64,000 nt of DNA from positions 18,404 through 82,403 of the forward strand of contig CALFGU010000117.1 of the NCBI GenBank assembly GCA_937877685.1, in the 5' to 3' direction. This DNA is from an uncultured Prevotella sp. GTDB taxonomy: Bacteria; Bacteroidota; Bacteroidia; Bacteroidales; Bacteroidaceae. Below are positions 1 to 10,114 of this stretch, piece by piece (the first letter of the stretch is position 1; each line of letters begins with the position of its first letter). The notes under the pieces were generated by a model. It was not told where the DNA came from. It did not search any database and saw only the letters and a program-made list of their open reading frames with translations. A program made the translations under genes and the position numbers.

Positions 1-811
1 TCGCATAAGTAAAGCGATAACCTATGTGGTCACCACCCAATTCATTTACCGTTTCATCGTAAGTCTTAAACTCCTCAGTGCCACGCCATGCTTTTTCTAC
101 GCCCATCATTTCAGGTTCGCGCTTCCAGCATCCACTTGAGGAGGGTTTCTTAGATACACGCATTACGAAATAGAGAGGAAACACGGCATCTCGCGTATAA
201 CAAAAAGTGCCTAAGAGTTTCTGCCCTTCGATTTCCGTATCGCTAACGCGGCGTACCCATGCACCGCTTTCATTGGTGAGTCCTTCGCCAAGGTTGAGCA
301 GAATGTGACCCTCACCTTTGGGAAAGGTGTAGCGCTCACAAGAAGAACGCAACGTTGTAGTGGCTTCGCATTTAATGTCGTAGCGCGTCAATCGGTTGGA
401 ATAATAACCTGGCGACGCCTTTTCCTCACTATAAGTAGAACCATATTGTCTGTGGTCAGGCGTAAATTTTCCCATTGTTGGCATTACCAAGAGTGAGGCG
501 GCTTCGGGGCAACCTACTCCGCTGAGAGATACGTGCGCAAAGCCTGTAAAGTATGTGTTTGTGTACTCATATGGTGCCGACCACCAACGATTGTCCTTAT
601 CATAGCGGTTGAGGTCGGAACCCATTACGTTGAATGGCACTACCGACATCATTCCATTGGGCATAACTGCACCTGGGGACGTTGTGCCATAGTTTGTTGT
701 ACCGATAAATGGATTTACTTCCGAGGCAAAATCCTGGGCATGAAGCGAAAACGTCATTATCGCCATTAAGCACAAGGTGTAGCGAAAGTTGCGTATTGAG
801 GGGTTTAGCAT
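1..811 (-). CDS. GH92 alpha-1,2-mannosidase, N-terminal part (runs off window edge)
   Basis: Manual translation from ATG 811 (in-frame ATG also at 841): signal peptide, then VNPFIGTTNYGTTSPGAVMPNGMMSVVPFN...GFAHVSLSGVGCPE, a typical GH92 N-terminus. Absent from the ORF track because it is truncated. Confidence 0.85.
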   Translation of the reverse strand, partial: MLNPSIRNFRYTLCLMAIMTFSLHAQDFASEVNPFIGTTNYGTTSPGAVMPNGMMSVVPFNVMGSDLNRYDKDNRWWSAPYEYTNTYFTGFAHVSLSGVGCPEAASLLVMPTMGKFTPDHRQYGSTYSEEKASPGYYSNRLTRYDIKCEATTTLRSSCERYTFPKGEGHILLNLGEGLTNESGAWVRRVSDTEIEGQKLLGTFCYTRDAVFPLYFVMRVSKKPSSSGCWKREPEMMGVEKAWRGTEEFKTYDETVNELGGDHIGYRFTYA

Positions 812-904
812 ATGAATAGCAAAGAATTGTATATATGGCATTAAATATATGGTTGGTATGTGTGCTTATTTATTGAGTGTCTATAATTTGAGACTCTGTG
901 ACGT

Positions 905-1591
905 TTATTTCTTTGTTGCAACTGCTAATAATACTCCTAAGACGATTCCTAAGAGGGCTGCAAACAACACGCGTTGCTCAGTGGGGAGCAAGAAAGTGAT
1001 GGTGTGTGCAGGATACCAAAAGAAGGGAATGGTTTTCTTAAAAACAAATCCCCATTGTTTGTTCCAATCTATTTGCGCAAAACGTTCAGCCATAGGGATT
1101 GGAGTTATCAACGATTTAAGACTTCCACCGTGAAAAGCAATATGTGCGTCGGTGATTTTGTGGAAAGTCATAAAAACGGGTGCAAATATCGTGTTCATTG
1201 CAATAGAAACGGCAAGTGCTACCCATAATTTGTTAAGAGTGAAATCAGCGTTTGTAAAACTCGTGATAGCATCTGTCATTCCCAAATATTCCATGAGTAT
1301 GGGAGTGCCTTTTGAGAAGATTATCATTGCAGCATTAATACCCATTCCCAAGAATCCCCAAACAATCACGCGTGGCAAGAGTCCGAAAGATTTTGAAATA
1401 TACTTTCCATTATTAAGACGGCAACCTAACATTTCTCCAAGAGTAGATAATACGCCGAATTTTATAAAACTCATTACCATGCCATGCTCGGCATTGAAGG
1501 TTTTGTAACATTCATAAAGTGAATCAAATAGGAAGAAAGGGCAGAATAGGGCAATAATTAGAAGTGCGAAATAGCAGTCTGTTCGTTTCAT
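905..1591 (-). CDS. Integral membrane protein, Mpv17/PMP22-like
   Basis: Several hydrophobic helices; C-terminal FWYPAHTITFLLPTEQRVLFAALL resembles Mpv17/PMP22. Confidence 0.6.
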   Translation of the reverse strand: MKRTDCYFALLIIALFCPFFLFDSLYECYKTFNAEHGMVMSFIKFGVLSTLGEMLGCRLNNGKYISKSFGLLPRVIVWGFLGMGINAAMIIFSKGTPILMEYLGMTDAITSFTNADFTLNKLWVALAVSIAMNTIFAPVFMTFHKITDAHIAFHGGSLKSLITPIPMAERFAQIDWNKQWGFVFKKTIPFFWYPAHTITFLLPTEQRVLFAALLGIVLGVLLAVATKK

Positions 1592-1643
1592 AGGTTATTT
1601 CTTTTTGGAGGTGGTGGGGAGACTGAAGTTGGACTATTACTAT

Positions 1644-1693
1644 AAAAAAATCCCAAAGTTGGTTGTGAAAAGACTGAAACCAAATTTGGGGAT
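1644..1693 (-). terminator. Probable intrinsic terminator after the PqqD gene
   Basis: Imperfect stem ATCCCAAAGTTGGTT...AACCAAATTTGGGGAT next to an A-run (U-tract on the minus strand). Confidence 0.55.
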
Positions 1694-1730
1694 ACTATTC
1701 ATTTCATATTTATTACTGAGCAAGAAGCGT

Positions 1731-2000
1731 TTAACACTCTATAAGTTCATTGACTTTCCATTGCTCAATAAGCGTAGTTGTGTCGCTGAGAGCCTGTGAA
1801 TAAGTTACTTCATATTCTTTGGTGAGGGACTCTGCTAATGATTCAACCGTAAAATCTCCCTTCTCAGCTTCTTCCCATAGGAATGCCGCCGTGGGGTTGA
1901 GGTTAATCATTTTTGAAAAATTGACGTTTTCAATACCCTCTGCGATGAGTACCTTTTCTCCGCATACGTCATGTAGCGCAAATCCTTTCTTGAGTTTCAT
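1731..2000 (-). CDS. PqqD family protein (RiPP recognition element, RRE)
   Basis: 89 aa; NLNPTAAFLWE...LTKEYEV...DTTTLIEQW matches the PqqD/RRE pattern. Confidence 0.85.
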   Translation of the reverse strand: MKLKKGFALHDVCGEKVLIAEGIENVNFSKMINLNPTAAFLWEEAEKGDFTVESLAESLTKEYEVTYSQALSDTTTLIEQWKVNELIEC

Positions 2001-2008
2001 AATATGGT

Positions 2009-2461
2009 TTAAAATAATCTTCTGTGAATTGCTAAAATATATCTTCTAATTGGGGTTAGTGTTAACCATATCCGTGAATATGTTTTCCATTTCCACCCAT
2101 TAACGGAATCAGGTTTTGTTCTTCCTTTTCTATAAAATAGAGTGACTATCCCTATGACATCGTTAATAGTGCACGTTTCAGTAGTTCCCACATTCCCATC
2201 TCCCATAAGTGTGAGTTGGTCTTGTGTGCGCTGAATAATTCGGTGGAGCACGTAGACTTTAGGTTGTATCTCTGCTAAAACAACATCGCCAACTCTTAAG
2301 TTTTCACGTTCTGGTGCTACGAGAGTTACAAGGTCTCTCCCGTTGCTAAGAAATATGCGCATGGAGTGACCTTTTACCCTTAATGTGGCAGTAGCTCCAC
2401 GGTCAATCACTTCTTTGACTTTCGGGATGAGTATCTCGTTGGGTATTTCAATTGTTCTCAT
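2009..2461 (-). CDS. S24/S26 family peptidase
   Basis: VKGHSM (catalytic Ser), GDVVL, LHRII and LMGDGN motifs. Confidence 0.8.
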   Translation of the reverse strand: MRTIEIPNEILIPKVKEVIDRGATATLRVKGHSMRIFLSNGRDLVTLVAPERENLRVGDVVLAEIQPKVYVLHRIIQRTQDQLTLMGDGNVGTTETCTINDVIGIVTLFYRKGRTKPDSVNGWKWKTYSRIWLTLTPIRRYILAIHRRLF

Positions 2462-3350
2462 CTTCAGGGCGTAGTGATGCGTAACTCATTTGTGCTGCTT
2501 CTTTGTTCGGAAGGTTCTTGAGGTAGAACGCTGGAACTCGAGAAATAACCTTGGTGACAGTATCGCAAATCTTTTTATAAGAAGGTTTGTCCCAAATCAT
2601 AGTTGAGCATGAGGAAAGCACACATGCAAAAGCGTGAACGGGGGAGAGACGGTTAATCTCGTTATAAGGTGCTTGCTCAAGTCGCAAGAAACCTCCGGTC
2701 AATTTGCGTAAAGCACGATAGCATGGAGTTTTTCCACTCCAAGGAGTGCCATATACGTAGATATTTCCATCAGGATGAATGCGAATAGCGGGATTGTCGT
2801 CATTGAGCAAATCAGCCTCCTTAAAGTTTTCTAACCATAACTTGCAATGTGTGCTTTTACCAGTGCCACTTTTGCCTAAGAATAAGTATGCCTTGTCGTT
2901 TATCATTGGCACAGAGGCATGAATCAGCAGGATGTTATGATATGCGCCACTAAATGCAAAGCAAATCATGACGGCATTGTTAAGTCCAAATTGTCTTGTT
3001 CCTTCTTCTTCGCCAATTAAAGTTGCTTTACACTTTGTGAAATCGGTATTTGCTTCAAGGACACAAGAAGGAATGCCTTCTGGAGATGAAATATGAATGG
3101 CATAACCTCCTTCATCTAATTTGTAAATCCCATGGTTTGCACCTCCACAATCAAATTGTCCGATTTCTTCACCTTGAGGAGTTATCTTACATAATGACTT
3201 ACCCACTTGTAGGGTGAACATTAAGGGTTCGTTGGGAATCTCTTTGACATGAAAAACTGGAAAAGAGGGCAACATATTTCTGTTGTCCTCTTCATCTAAG
3301 AATTCAATTTGGAAATTCATGTCTGCGACACGAAAGTATAGATTGTCCAT
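2448..3350 (-). CDS. HPr kinase-related / ScmC-like P-loop kinase
   Basis: IHAS, Walker A GKSGTGKST, LLNDD and YGTPWSGK motifs; overlaps the peptidase gene. Confidence 0.75.
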   Translation of the reverse strand: MDNLYFRVADMNFQIEFLDEEDNRNMLPSFPVFHVKEIPNEPLMFTLQVGKSLCKITPQGEEIGQFDCGGANHGIYKLDEGGYAIHISSPEGIPSCVLEANTDFTKCKATLIGEEEGTRQFGLNNAVMICFAFSGAYHNILLIHASVPMINDKAYLFLGKSGTGKSTHCKLWLENFKEADLLNDDNPAIRIHPDGNIYVYGTPWSGKTPCYRALRKLTGGFLRLEQAPYNEINRLSPVHAFACVLSSCSTMIWDKPSYKKICDTVTKVISRVPAFYLKNLPNKEAAQMSYASLRPEDENN

Positions 3351-3388
3351 TCCGAGCTGTAGTTAAGATTCTTACTTGTCACAATAAA

Positions 3389-3778
3389 TTACTCAACAGG
3401 TTGAAACTTGAAATCGCTATAGTTGATTTCAATCACGCGTTTCCCCTGTTCCTGCTTAGCGATTTTGCGCATTTTTAAGTAGCGCTTTTCAAGTTTTTTA
3501 CGCTTCTTGTGGAACATAACCACGGCAGTAACGTTGGGTTGGTCGTAATATTGTTGGAGGTATGTTCTAAATTGCTCCCCAAAATCGCTACGATAATTAA
3601 GGAATCCATCTTTTCCAATTTGTGCATTGGGAATCTGCTGAATCGTAGAAATATACACTACACTGTCTTTCAAACTTGTAGCGTAAGCATAACCATAAAC
3701 GTTTTTTTGCGCTTGTATTCCTATTACTGATAAAACAGAAAATAGCGCGAGCATGAGGAGTTTATTGAATTGTTGCAT
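3389..3778 (-). CDS. Secreted hypothetical protein
   Basis: Likely start MQQFNKLL at 3778, signal peptide ending IQAQ; 38 bp upstream of the kinase gene. Confidence 0.65.
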   Translation of the reverse strand: MQQFNKLLMLALFSVLSVIGIQAQKNVYGYAYATSLKDSVVYISTIQQIPNAQIGKDGFLNYRSDFGEQFRTYLQQYYDQPNVTAVVMFHKKRKKLEKRYLKMRKIAKQEQGKRVIEINYSDFKFQPVE

Positions 3779-4047
3779 GGAAATTAGTGAAATTAAACGA
3801 ACCTTTTGATGGATAAAATTCGTAGATGGGTGTAACACCTAAATGTTTCTATAGTGCAAAATTACATTTTTATCTTCTAGTTTCGTTTAATTTTCTAAAT
3901 TAAGTTATGTTTCTTATTATAATATTGTGTCTGTTAGAGGGGGAGGAGGAGTTTGAACTTTCTATTTTTGACCAGATTTATTCTAGTATCAAATCAAAAC
4001 CATTTGAATTGAAACTTAATTATGAAAAACTAAATCTCAATAAATTC

Positions 4048-4088
4048 AAATTAAGTCTCAAAGATTTGAAAACTTTGAGACTTAATTT
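4048..4088. repeat. REP-like palindrome, AAGTCTCA/TGAGACTT family
   Basis: Perfect 16-bp arms AAATTAAGTCTCAAAG / CTTTGAGACTTAATTT; the same arms recur at 48407-48450. Confidence 0.75.
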
Positions 4089-4143
4089 TATGCTAAATTA
4101 ATTAGCATTCTGAAATGAATTCGTTAAAATGGAATATGAATAT

Positions 4144-5004
4144 TTAGATATAGCATCTTAGGAATTGCCTTGATTGAGGTAATTGTAGCGTTTTGATGGC
4201 TTTTTCCTTAAGTTGTCGCACACGTTCTTTAGAAAGACCAATATGCTGAGCAATTTCGTCTAAGGTTCGTTCCGGACCTGCAATGCCGAACGACATTCTT
4301 ATGATATTTTGTTCGCGTTCAGGAAGTTGAGATATCGCAATGTTAAGTTGTGTTGAGAGCGATTGCGTTTCGAGTTCAGAATCTGTTGATTCTTTACTAT
4401 CATTTGACGCTATGAGGTCGATAATTGCGGTATCATCATTTTCTGAAATTGGTGCATCCATGCTTATTGGGCGAATGGAAGTGTCAAGGATTACCATTAC
4501 TTTTTCCTCATCAATATCCAAGGCTGTTGCGATTTCTTGAGCATTAGGTTCGCGCTGATTCTCTTGCATAAAATTGTTGCGGAATCTCTTAACTTTGCTC
4601 ATTAATCCCTCTTGATTGCTGGGGAGTCTCACCAATCTGCTTTTCTCAGTGATGGCTTGTAGAATGCTTTGACGTATCCACCAAACGGCATACGAAATGA
4701 ATTTGAAACCTCGCGTTGGGTCAAAACGTTGAGCCGCTTTTATTAATCCAACGTTTCCTTCATTGATGATGTCAATGAGGCCCAATCCTTTACTTTGATA
4801 CTGTTTCGCAACGCTCACAACAAAGCGTAGGTTTGCACGAACCAAACGCGCAAGTGCAGCATTGTCACCGCGCTGAATTTTCATGGAGAGTTCAACTTCC
4901 TCTTCAGGAGAAATCATTTCTGCTCTACCTATGTCTTGAAGGTATCTTTCAAGCGCCTCACCCTCGCGATTGGTGATGCTGGGCGCAATTTTAAGTTGAT
5001 ACAT
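4144..5004 (-). CDS. RNA polymerase sigma-70 factor, RpoD/SigA family (diverged)
   Basis: ANLRFVVSVAKQY, FDPTRGFKFISYAVWWIRQSI and region 4 TLDEIA...SKERVRQ; lacks region 1.1, as in Bacteroidetes. Confidence 0.9.
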   Translation of the reverse strand: MYQLKIAPSITNREGEALERYLQDIGRAEMISPEEEVELSMKIQRGDNAALARLVRANLRFVVSVAKQYQSKGLGLIDIINEGNVGLIKAAQRFDPTRGFKFISYAVWWIRQSILQAITEKSRLVRLPSNQEGLMSKVKRFRNNFMQENQREPNAQEIATALDIDEEKVMVILDTSIRPISMDAPISENDDTAIIDLIASNDSKESTDSELETQSLSTQLNIAISQLPEREQNIIRMSFGIAGPERTLDEIAQHIGLSKERVRQLKEKAIKTLQLPQSRQFLRCYI

Positions 5005-5308
5005 CTTTAGTTTAGATTATTAAGGTCGCTCAAAGGTAGAAATTATTGTCAAACAGGCAAAATTTTTTTGCGTTTTTATTATAAATTAAGAATTTAAGTG
5101 TTGAAATCAGAGGTAAAAAGGGGTATGCTTGTTTGACTTTTGTTGCCAAAATAATTGATGACAGGAGATTTTGGAGTAGGGGATTTGTGAAGGCAATATT
5201 GTAACTATTTTGTGTTTTGAATTTTCGTGGATTAGAGTGTATGGGGTGTTATGAATTGTTGACGTTAAATGAAAAATAAATGTACCTTAATCAAAACTGG
5301 TCATCAAA

Positions 5309-5899
5309 TTAATCTTTCTCAGTCACGCCCAGTTTCTCTTTCAATTCGCTCTCTCGCGACAATCTACATCTAAGGGTAAGGATGGTGTCATGAGCGGTAT
5401 ATTCGCGAGATAGAATTTCTGCTTCAAGGGAACGGATGGTGCGCATAGCTCGGTCAACTTCAGTGTAAGGGATGCTTGCTTGAAATTCGGATTTGACGAA
5501 GCGCTCTTCAATGGTAGATGCATCAAGTGCTTCCTTTGATGCTGTTTTGTAGGCTACCACAAGTCCCCCCGTACCTAGGTTTACTCCTCCATAGTAGCGC
5601 ACAACAACTACGAGTGAGAAGGTTAATCCGAAGGAACGTAATTGTCGTAAGATAGGTTGCCCTGATGAACCGGCGGGTTCGCCATCATCGTTGGCACGAG
5701 TGCGTTCGCCTTGATAACCTAAGATATAGGCATAGCAGACGTGGCGAGCATCAAAATATTTTTTTCGATAACTGGCAACGATGTTTTTCACTTCTTCTTC
5801 TGTTTCGACATGGTGAGCAAAAGCAAGAAAGCGACTACGCTTTTCGGAATATAAGCCCTCTGTGCCGTTATCTGTTATGGTTAGATATTTATCGTCCAT
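5309..5899 (-). CDS. yigZ: YigZ/IMPACT family protein
   Basis: EKRSRF, ARHVCYAY, DDGEPAGSSG and VVRYYGGVNLGTGGL motifs. Confidence 0.9.
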   Translation of the reverse strand: MDDKYLTITDNGTEGLYSEKRSRFLAFAHHVETEEEVKNIVASYRKKYFDARHVCYAYILGYQGERTRANDDGEPAGSSGQPILRQLRSFGLTFSLVVVVRYYGGVNLGTGGLVVAYKTASKEALDASTIEERFVKSEFQASIPYTEVDRAMRTIRSLEAEILSREYTAHDTILTLRCRLSRESELKEKLGVTEKD

Positions 5900-5987
5900 C
5901 GGATTTTATTACTAAAAAATATGGGTTGCAATGAGGGATAATATGGACCCTTTTTGCAACCCAATTTGAGAATGCTAGGTGATTTCT

Positions 5988-6455
5988 TTATGAATTAAAA
6001 TGATAAAGGAAGGTTGCTACACCATCAAGCGCATGCTTCTTTTCTCCTTGAATCTCTATATAGAATTTAATCTCAACCTTTGCTATACCACGAAGATTGG
6101 TAATGCTTTCCAACTTTGTTACCAATCTTACTGATTGACCTGAAAGCACAGCTTGACCAAACTTCATTTTGTCCATACCGTAGTTTACAAGCATCTTGAT
6201 GTTGTTAACTTCGATAATTTGATCCCATAAGTAGGGGAGAAGTGAAAGCGTAAGATACCCATGAACAATAGTTTGACCAAAGGGACTTTCAGTTTTACAA
6301 CGTTCGGTGTCAATATGTATCCACTGATGATCAAGTGTTGCATCAGCAAAAAGATTGATGCGCTCTTGATTTACTTCCAACCATTCAGAAGTGCCTAATT
6401 CCTGACCTAAATGAGCAGCAAACTCATCATAACTATTAATAATCAATTTTTCCAT
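5988..6455 (-). CDS. MaoC family dehydratase (NodN-like)
   Basis: FADATLDHQWIH and TIVHGYLTLSL hot-dog-fold motifs. Confidence 0.9.
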   Translation of the reverse strand: MEKLIINSYDEFAAHLGQELGTSEWLEVNQERINLFADATLDHQWIHIDTERCKTESPFGQTIVHGYLTLSLLPYLWDQIIEVNNIKMLVNYGMDKMKFGQAVLSGQSVRLVTKLESITNLRGIAKVEIKFYIEIQGEKKHALDGVATFLYHFNS

Positions 6456-6523
6456 GTTAGAAGAGTATTAGAGTGTTTGTTTACAATAAATTAGTTAATA
6501 TGGAGGTATGCTGTAGTCACGTA

Positions 6524-7384
6524 CTATTGACGTTTAAAAGGCTTATGTGCTACGTATGTAATTTTTCCTTCTTTATTTAAAAATACACAAGCGCTATGCT
6601 TTCTTGCAACTTTCTTCGGGGAAGTAATTTCTATATCAAAAAGTATCGCATACCCCGCTTCGTCGTTGTTAATACGTGCCTTATGAAAATCAATATTAGA
6701 AGGTGCAGTGAATGTTCTTGTCTTAATATTTTTGCAATATTTCTTATTTATGAAATTTGCAACTTCTTTCTTGGTTTGATTTTGATGGAAAAGAAAGAAT
6801 GAAACGGTGTCCGCGCACATATCTGCAACTTTTGAGGCATTGCCATTTCCAAGTTCTTCATAAAAAGTGCTTAATTTATTTTGTAATCTAGCGGAGATGG
6901 TTGCGTCAAAGGGAAGTTCTTTCATCAATTGGAGCACTTTACTTGCCTCTGTGTAGTGGTGTGTCGCTTCCCCAAGTTTTAGATACTCATCATAATTTGT
7001 ATCTAATTTGCCTTTTATGGCATCTATCCAAAGTAATGAATCTAATGCTTTGTCAGTAGCAGTTGAATAGGTTGCGGTAAGTGTGTGCTTACTCTTATAA
7101 TTCTTAATGCTCTCAACGGTAGGTGCATTTGCGATTGCATTCCATTCACGTTGCTGGCGGAGGAGTGTCTGTTTCTTTTCTTCCGCTAATTTTGCATATT
7201 CTGAATCGGGCGAAAGGAGAATGATACTATCACACTGTGCAACTGTATAATCGTTACCTAAAGAGTTATAGATTTTCTTTGCTATATAAGCATCGGAGTT
7301 TGTGTAAATATAAAAACCGATGGCGGCGATAATTAGTAACACAATTGCTGTAGCAACAATTCCTAACGACTTGAACTTTTTCAT
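6524..7384 (-). CDS. Membrane-anchored hypothetical protein
   Basis: N-terminal TM helix; no recognisable catalytic motif. Confidence 0.6.
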   Translation of the reverse strand: MKKFKSLGIVATAIVLLIIAAIGFYIYTNSDAYIAKKIYNSLGNDYTVAQCDSIILLSPDSEYAKLAEEKKQTLLRQQREWNAIANAPTVESIKNYKSKHTLTATYSTATDKALDSLLWIDAIKGKLDTNYDEYLKLGEATHHYTEASKVLQLMKELPFDATISARLQNKLSTFYEELGNGNASKVADMCADTVSFFLFHQNQTKKEVANFINKKYCKNIKTRTFTAPSNIDFHKARINNDEAGYAILFDIEITSPKKVARKHSACVFLNKEGKITYVAHKPFKRQ

Positions 7385-7403
7385 GTTATAAGATTTTAAG
7401 AAA

Positions 7404-7440
7404 GGAAGTTAGAAGAAGGTAAGTGATTCTTCTAACTTCC
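7404..7440 (-). terminator. Stem-loop downstream of asnS
   Basis: Perfect arms GGAAGTTAGAAGAA / TTCTTCTAACTTCC. Confidence 0.6.
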
Positions 7441-7460
7441 TCTTTGATACGTTACATTAT

Positions 7461-8855
7461 TTAAAAATCAGCAGACTTTGGCGTACGTGGGAAAGGTATT
7501 ACGTCGCGGATGTTTTGCATACCTGTTACGAAGAGAATCAAGCGCTCGAAGCCGAGACCGAAACCACTATGAGGACAAGTACCGAAACGGCGAGTATCCA
7601 AATACCACCACATATCCTTCATGGGAATACCTAATTCGTTGATGCGGGCAGTGAGCTTTTCGTAACTTTCTTCACGCTCTGAACCACCGATGATTTCGCC
7701 AATCTGGGGGAAAAGCACGTCCATAGCACGAACAGTCTTGCCGTCTTCATTCTGCTTCATGTAGAATGCCTTGATTTCCTTGGGGTAGTCTGTAAGGATA
7801 ACGGGCTTCTGGAAATGTTCTTCAACGAGGTAACGCTCATGCTCACTTGCAAGGTCAACTCCCCAATATACAGGGAATTCAAAATTCTTCTTGCCAGACT
7901 TTGCTGCTTCTTCAAGGATAGCAACGCCTTCAGTGTAAGTAAGACGAACGAAGTTATTATTAACTACGAAGTTAAGACGTTCAAGAAGCGTCTTGTCAAC
8001 CATTTTGTTAAGGAACTCGAGGTCGTCCTTACAGTTGTTCAATGCCCAACGCACACAATATTTAATAAAGTCCTCAGCGAGGTCCATATTGTCATTAATG
8101 TCGTTGAAAGCAACTTCGGGTTCAATCATCCAGAACTCTGCTAGGTGGCGGGGCGTGTTAGAATTTTCGGCACGGAAGGTAGGACCGAAGGTATAGATTG
8201 CACCAAGTGCTGTAGCAGCAAGTTCGCCTTCTAACTGACCTGATACGGTAAGCGAAGTTGTCTTGCCGAAGAAGTCGTCAGAGTAGTCAATCTTGCCATC
8301 AGCATCCTTCTTTAGGTCGTAGAGATTCTTTGTAGTAACTTGGAACATCTGTCCTGCACCTTCACAGTCTGAGGCTGTGATAATAGGTGTGTGGAAGTAG
8401 AAGAATCCACGTTCGTGGAAATACTGATGGATGGCCATTGCCATGTTGTGACGAATACGGAATACAGCGCCAAAGGTATTGGTGCGCAAGCGCATATGAG
8501 CGTGCTGACGCATGAATTCAAAGGTTTGCCCCTTCTTCTGCATGGGGTACTCCGCATCACAAGTGCCGTAAACAACGATTTCTGTTGCTTGAATTTCTGC
8601 TGCTTGACCAGCGCCCTGACTTTCTACAAGCGTACCTGTTACAGCAAGGCAAGCGCCAGTAGTTACTTTTTTCAATAACTCTTCGTCAAACTTATCAACG
8701 TCAGCAACAATCTGCACGTTGTGAATGGTAGAACCGTCGTTAAGTGCAATAAAGTTTACCGACTTACTACCGCGTTTCGTTCTTACCCAACCCTTGACGG
8801 TTACTTCTGCGCCATAGTTGGTAGAACGAAGTATATCAATAACTTTTGTTCTCAT
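7461..8855 (-). CDS. asnS: Asparagine--tRNA ligase
   Basis: [25 protein letters not shown] and GFGLGFERL class II motifs. Confidence 0.97.
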   Translation of the reverse strand: MRTKVIDILRSTNYGAEVTVKGWVRTKRGSKSVNFIALNDGSTIHNVQIVADVDKFDEELLKKVTTGACLAVTGTLVESQGAGQAAEIQATEIVVYGTCDAEYPMQKKGQTFEFMRQHAHMRLRTNTFGAVFRIRHNMAMAIHQYFHERGFFYFHTPIITASDCEGAGQMFQVTTKNLYDLKKDADGKIDYSDDFFGKTTSLTVSGQLEGELAATALGAIYTFGPTFRAENSNTPRHLAEFWMIEPEVAFNDINDNMDLAEDFIKYCVRWALNNCKDDLEFLNKMVDKTLLERLNFVVNNNFVRLTYTEGVAILEEAAKSGKKNFEFPVYWGVDLASEHERYLVEEHFQKPVILTDYPKEIKAFYMKQNEDGKTVRAMDVLFPQIGEIIGGSEREESYEKLTARINELGIPMKDMWWYLDTRRFGTCPHSGFGLGFERLILFVTGMQNIRDVIPFPRTPKSADF

Positions 8856-8870
8856 AATAATTAAATATGA

Positions 8871-10037
8871 CTATTCAAAAGCGCCCATGCGCAACATTGA
8901 AACTTCCTTTTCTGTGAGGTAACGCCAGTCACCACGGCGTACGTTCTTCTTTGTAAGACCTGCGAAATACACACGGTCGAGTTTCACCACATGATAACCC
9001 AATGATTCAAAGATACGGCGCACAATGCGGTTCTTACCCGAGTGAATCTCAATACCTACTTGCTTCTTATCTGTAGGAGAGGCATATTCCACAGCATCGG
9101 CTTTAATCATACCATCTTCGAGGGTGATACCTTCTGCGATTTGGCGGATATCAGCAAGTGATACGTTTTGGTCTGTATGAACGTGATAAATCTTCTTCTT
9201 CAAGAACTTTGGGTGCGTCAACTTTGAAGCTAATTCTCCATCGTTCGTAAGGAGAAGCACACCCGTTGTATTACGGTCAAGACGACCCACGGGGTAGATT
9301 CTTTCGGGACAAGCACCTTGTACGAGGTCCATCACCGTCTTACGATTCTGAGGATCTTCACTTGTTGTTACATAACCCTTTGGCTTGTTGAGAAGCACGT
9401 AAACCTTCTTTTCCAACTTAACTGCTTCACCATGGAAGCAAACGAGGTCGGTGCGCATGACGCGAGCGCCGAGTTCGGTTACGACTTCACCGTTTACTGT
9501 CACTACGCCCGCTTCGATATACTTGTCAGCGTCACGACGACTGCACACGCCAGCATTTGCCAAATACTTGTTCAAGCGGATGGGTGCATTGGGGTCAAAA
9601 TGTTCTTCCTTATACTCAAGACGCTTCTTTGCGCTATACTTTGCATGGGGATCATAGTTACCCGTACGCTTGCGGGGTGCAAAACCACGACTCTGCCCCT
9701 CTTCGCTTCGATTGTAACCGCCACGTTGACCTTCACCATTCGCATTAAAGCGAGGACGAGGTGCGCCTTCGCCACCAGCATAACCGCTATTGAATGCAGG
9801 ACGCTTGTTAAAACGACTCTGACCATCACGGTTCGGGCGCTGAAAACTGCCTTGAGGGCGTTCACCAAAAGCATTACCTGAGTTAAAACGCGGACGCTGA
9901 GAATTGTCACCTTCACGACGATAACCGCCATTCACACCTTCGCGTGAGTTAGAGCGGTTGGAATTGCGTCCATAATTACCATTTGAAAAGCGGTTGCCAT
10001 CTCGGCCACCCTTTCCCTTGTTGAAAAAATCTGACAT
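8871..10037 (-). CDS. rluB: rRNA pseudouridine synthase (RluB-like) with low-complexity N-terminus
   Basis: S4 domain RLNKYLANAGVCSRR and catalytic VGRLDRNTTG. Confidence 0.88.
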   Translation of the reverse strand: MSDFFNKGKGGRDGNRFSNGNYGRNSNRSNSREGVNGGYRREGDNSQRPRFNSGNAFGERPQGSFQRPNRDGQSRFNKRPAFNSGYAGGEGAPRPRFNANGEGQRGGYNRSEEGQSRGFAPRKRTGNYDPHAKYSAKKRLEYKEEHFDPNAPIRLNKYLANAGVCSRRDADKYIEAGVVTVNGEVVTELGARVMRTDLVCFHGEAVKLEKKVYVLLNKPKGYVTTSEDPQNRKTVMDLVQGACPERIYPVGRLDRNTTGVLLLTNDGELASKLTHPKFLKKKIYHVHTDQNVSLADIRQIAEGITLEDGMIKADAVEYASPTDKKQVGIEIHSGKNRIVRRIFESLGYHVVKLDRVYFAGLTKKNVRRGDWRYLTEKEVSMLRMGAFE

Positions 10038-10114
10038 AATTTAAAATTGTCTTTTGTCAATGTCTATAGTCAATAACCAACTGTCAAGTTTTATCCGTTG
10101 ATGTTTAGTTGATT

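Noticed and set aside
305..769. Plus-strand short ORFs at the window start
   Set aside because: Antisense to the GH92 gene read on the minus strand.
9600..10037. R/G/N-rich low-complexity N-terminus of RluB
   Set aside because: Such extensions are common in Bacteroidetes RluB-like proteins, so not unusual.
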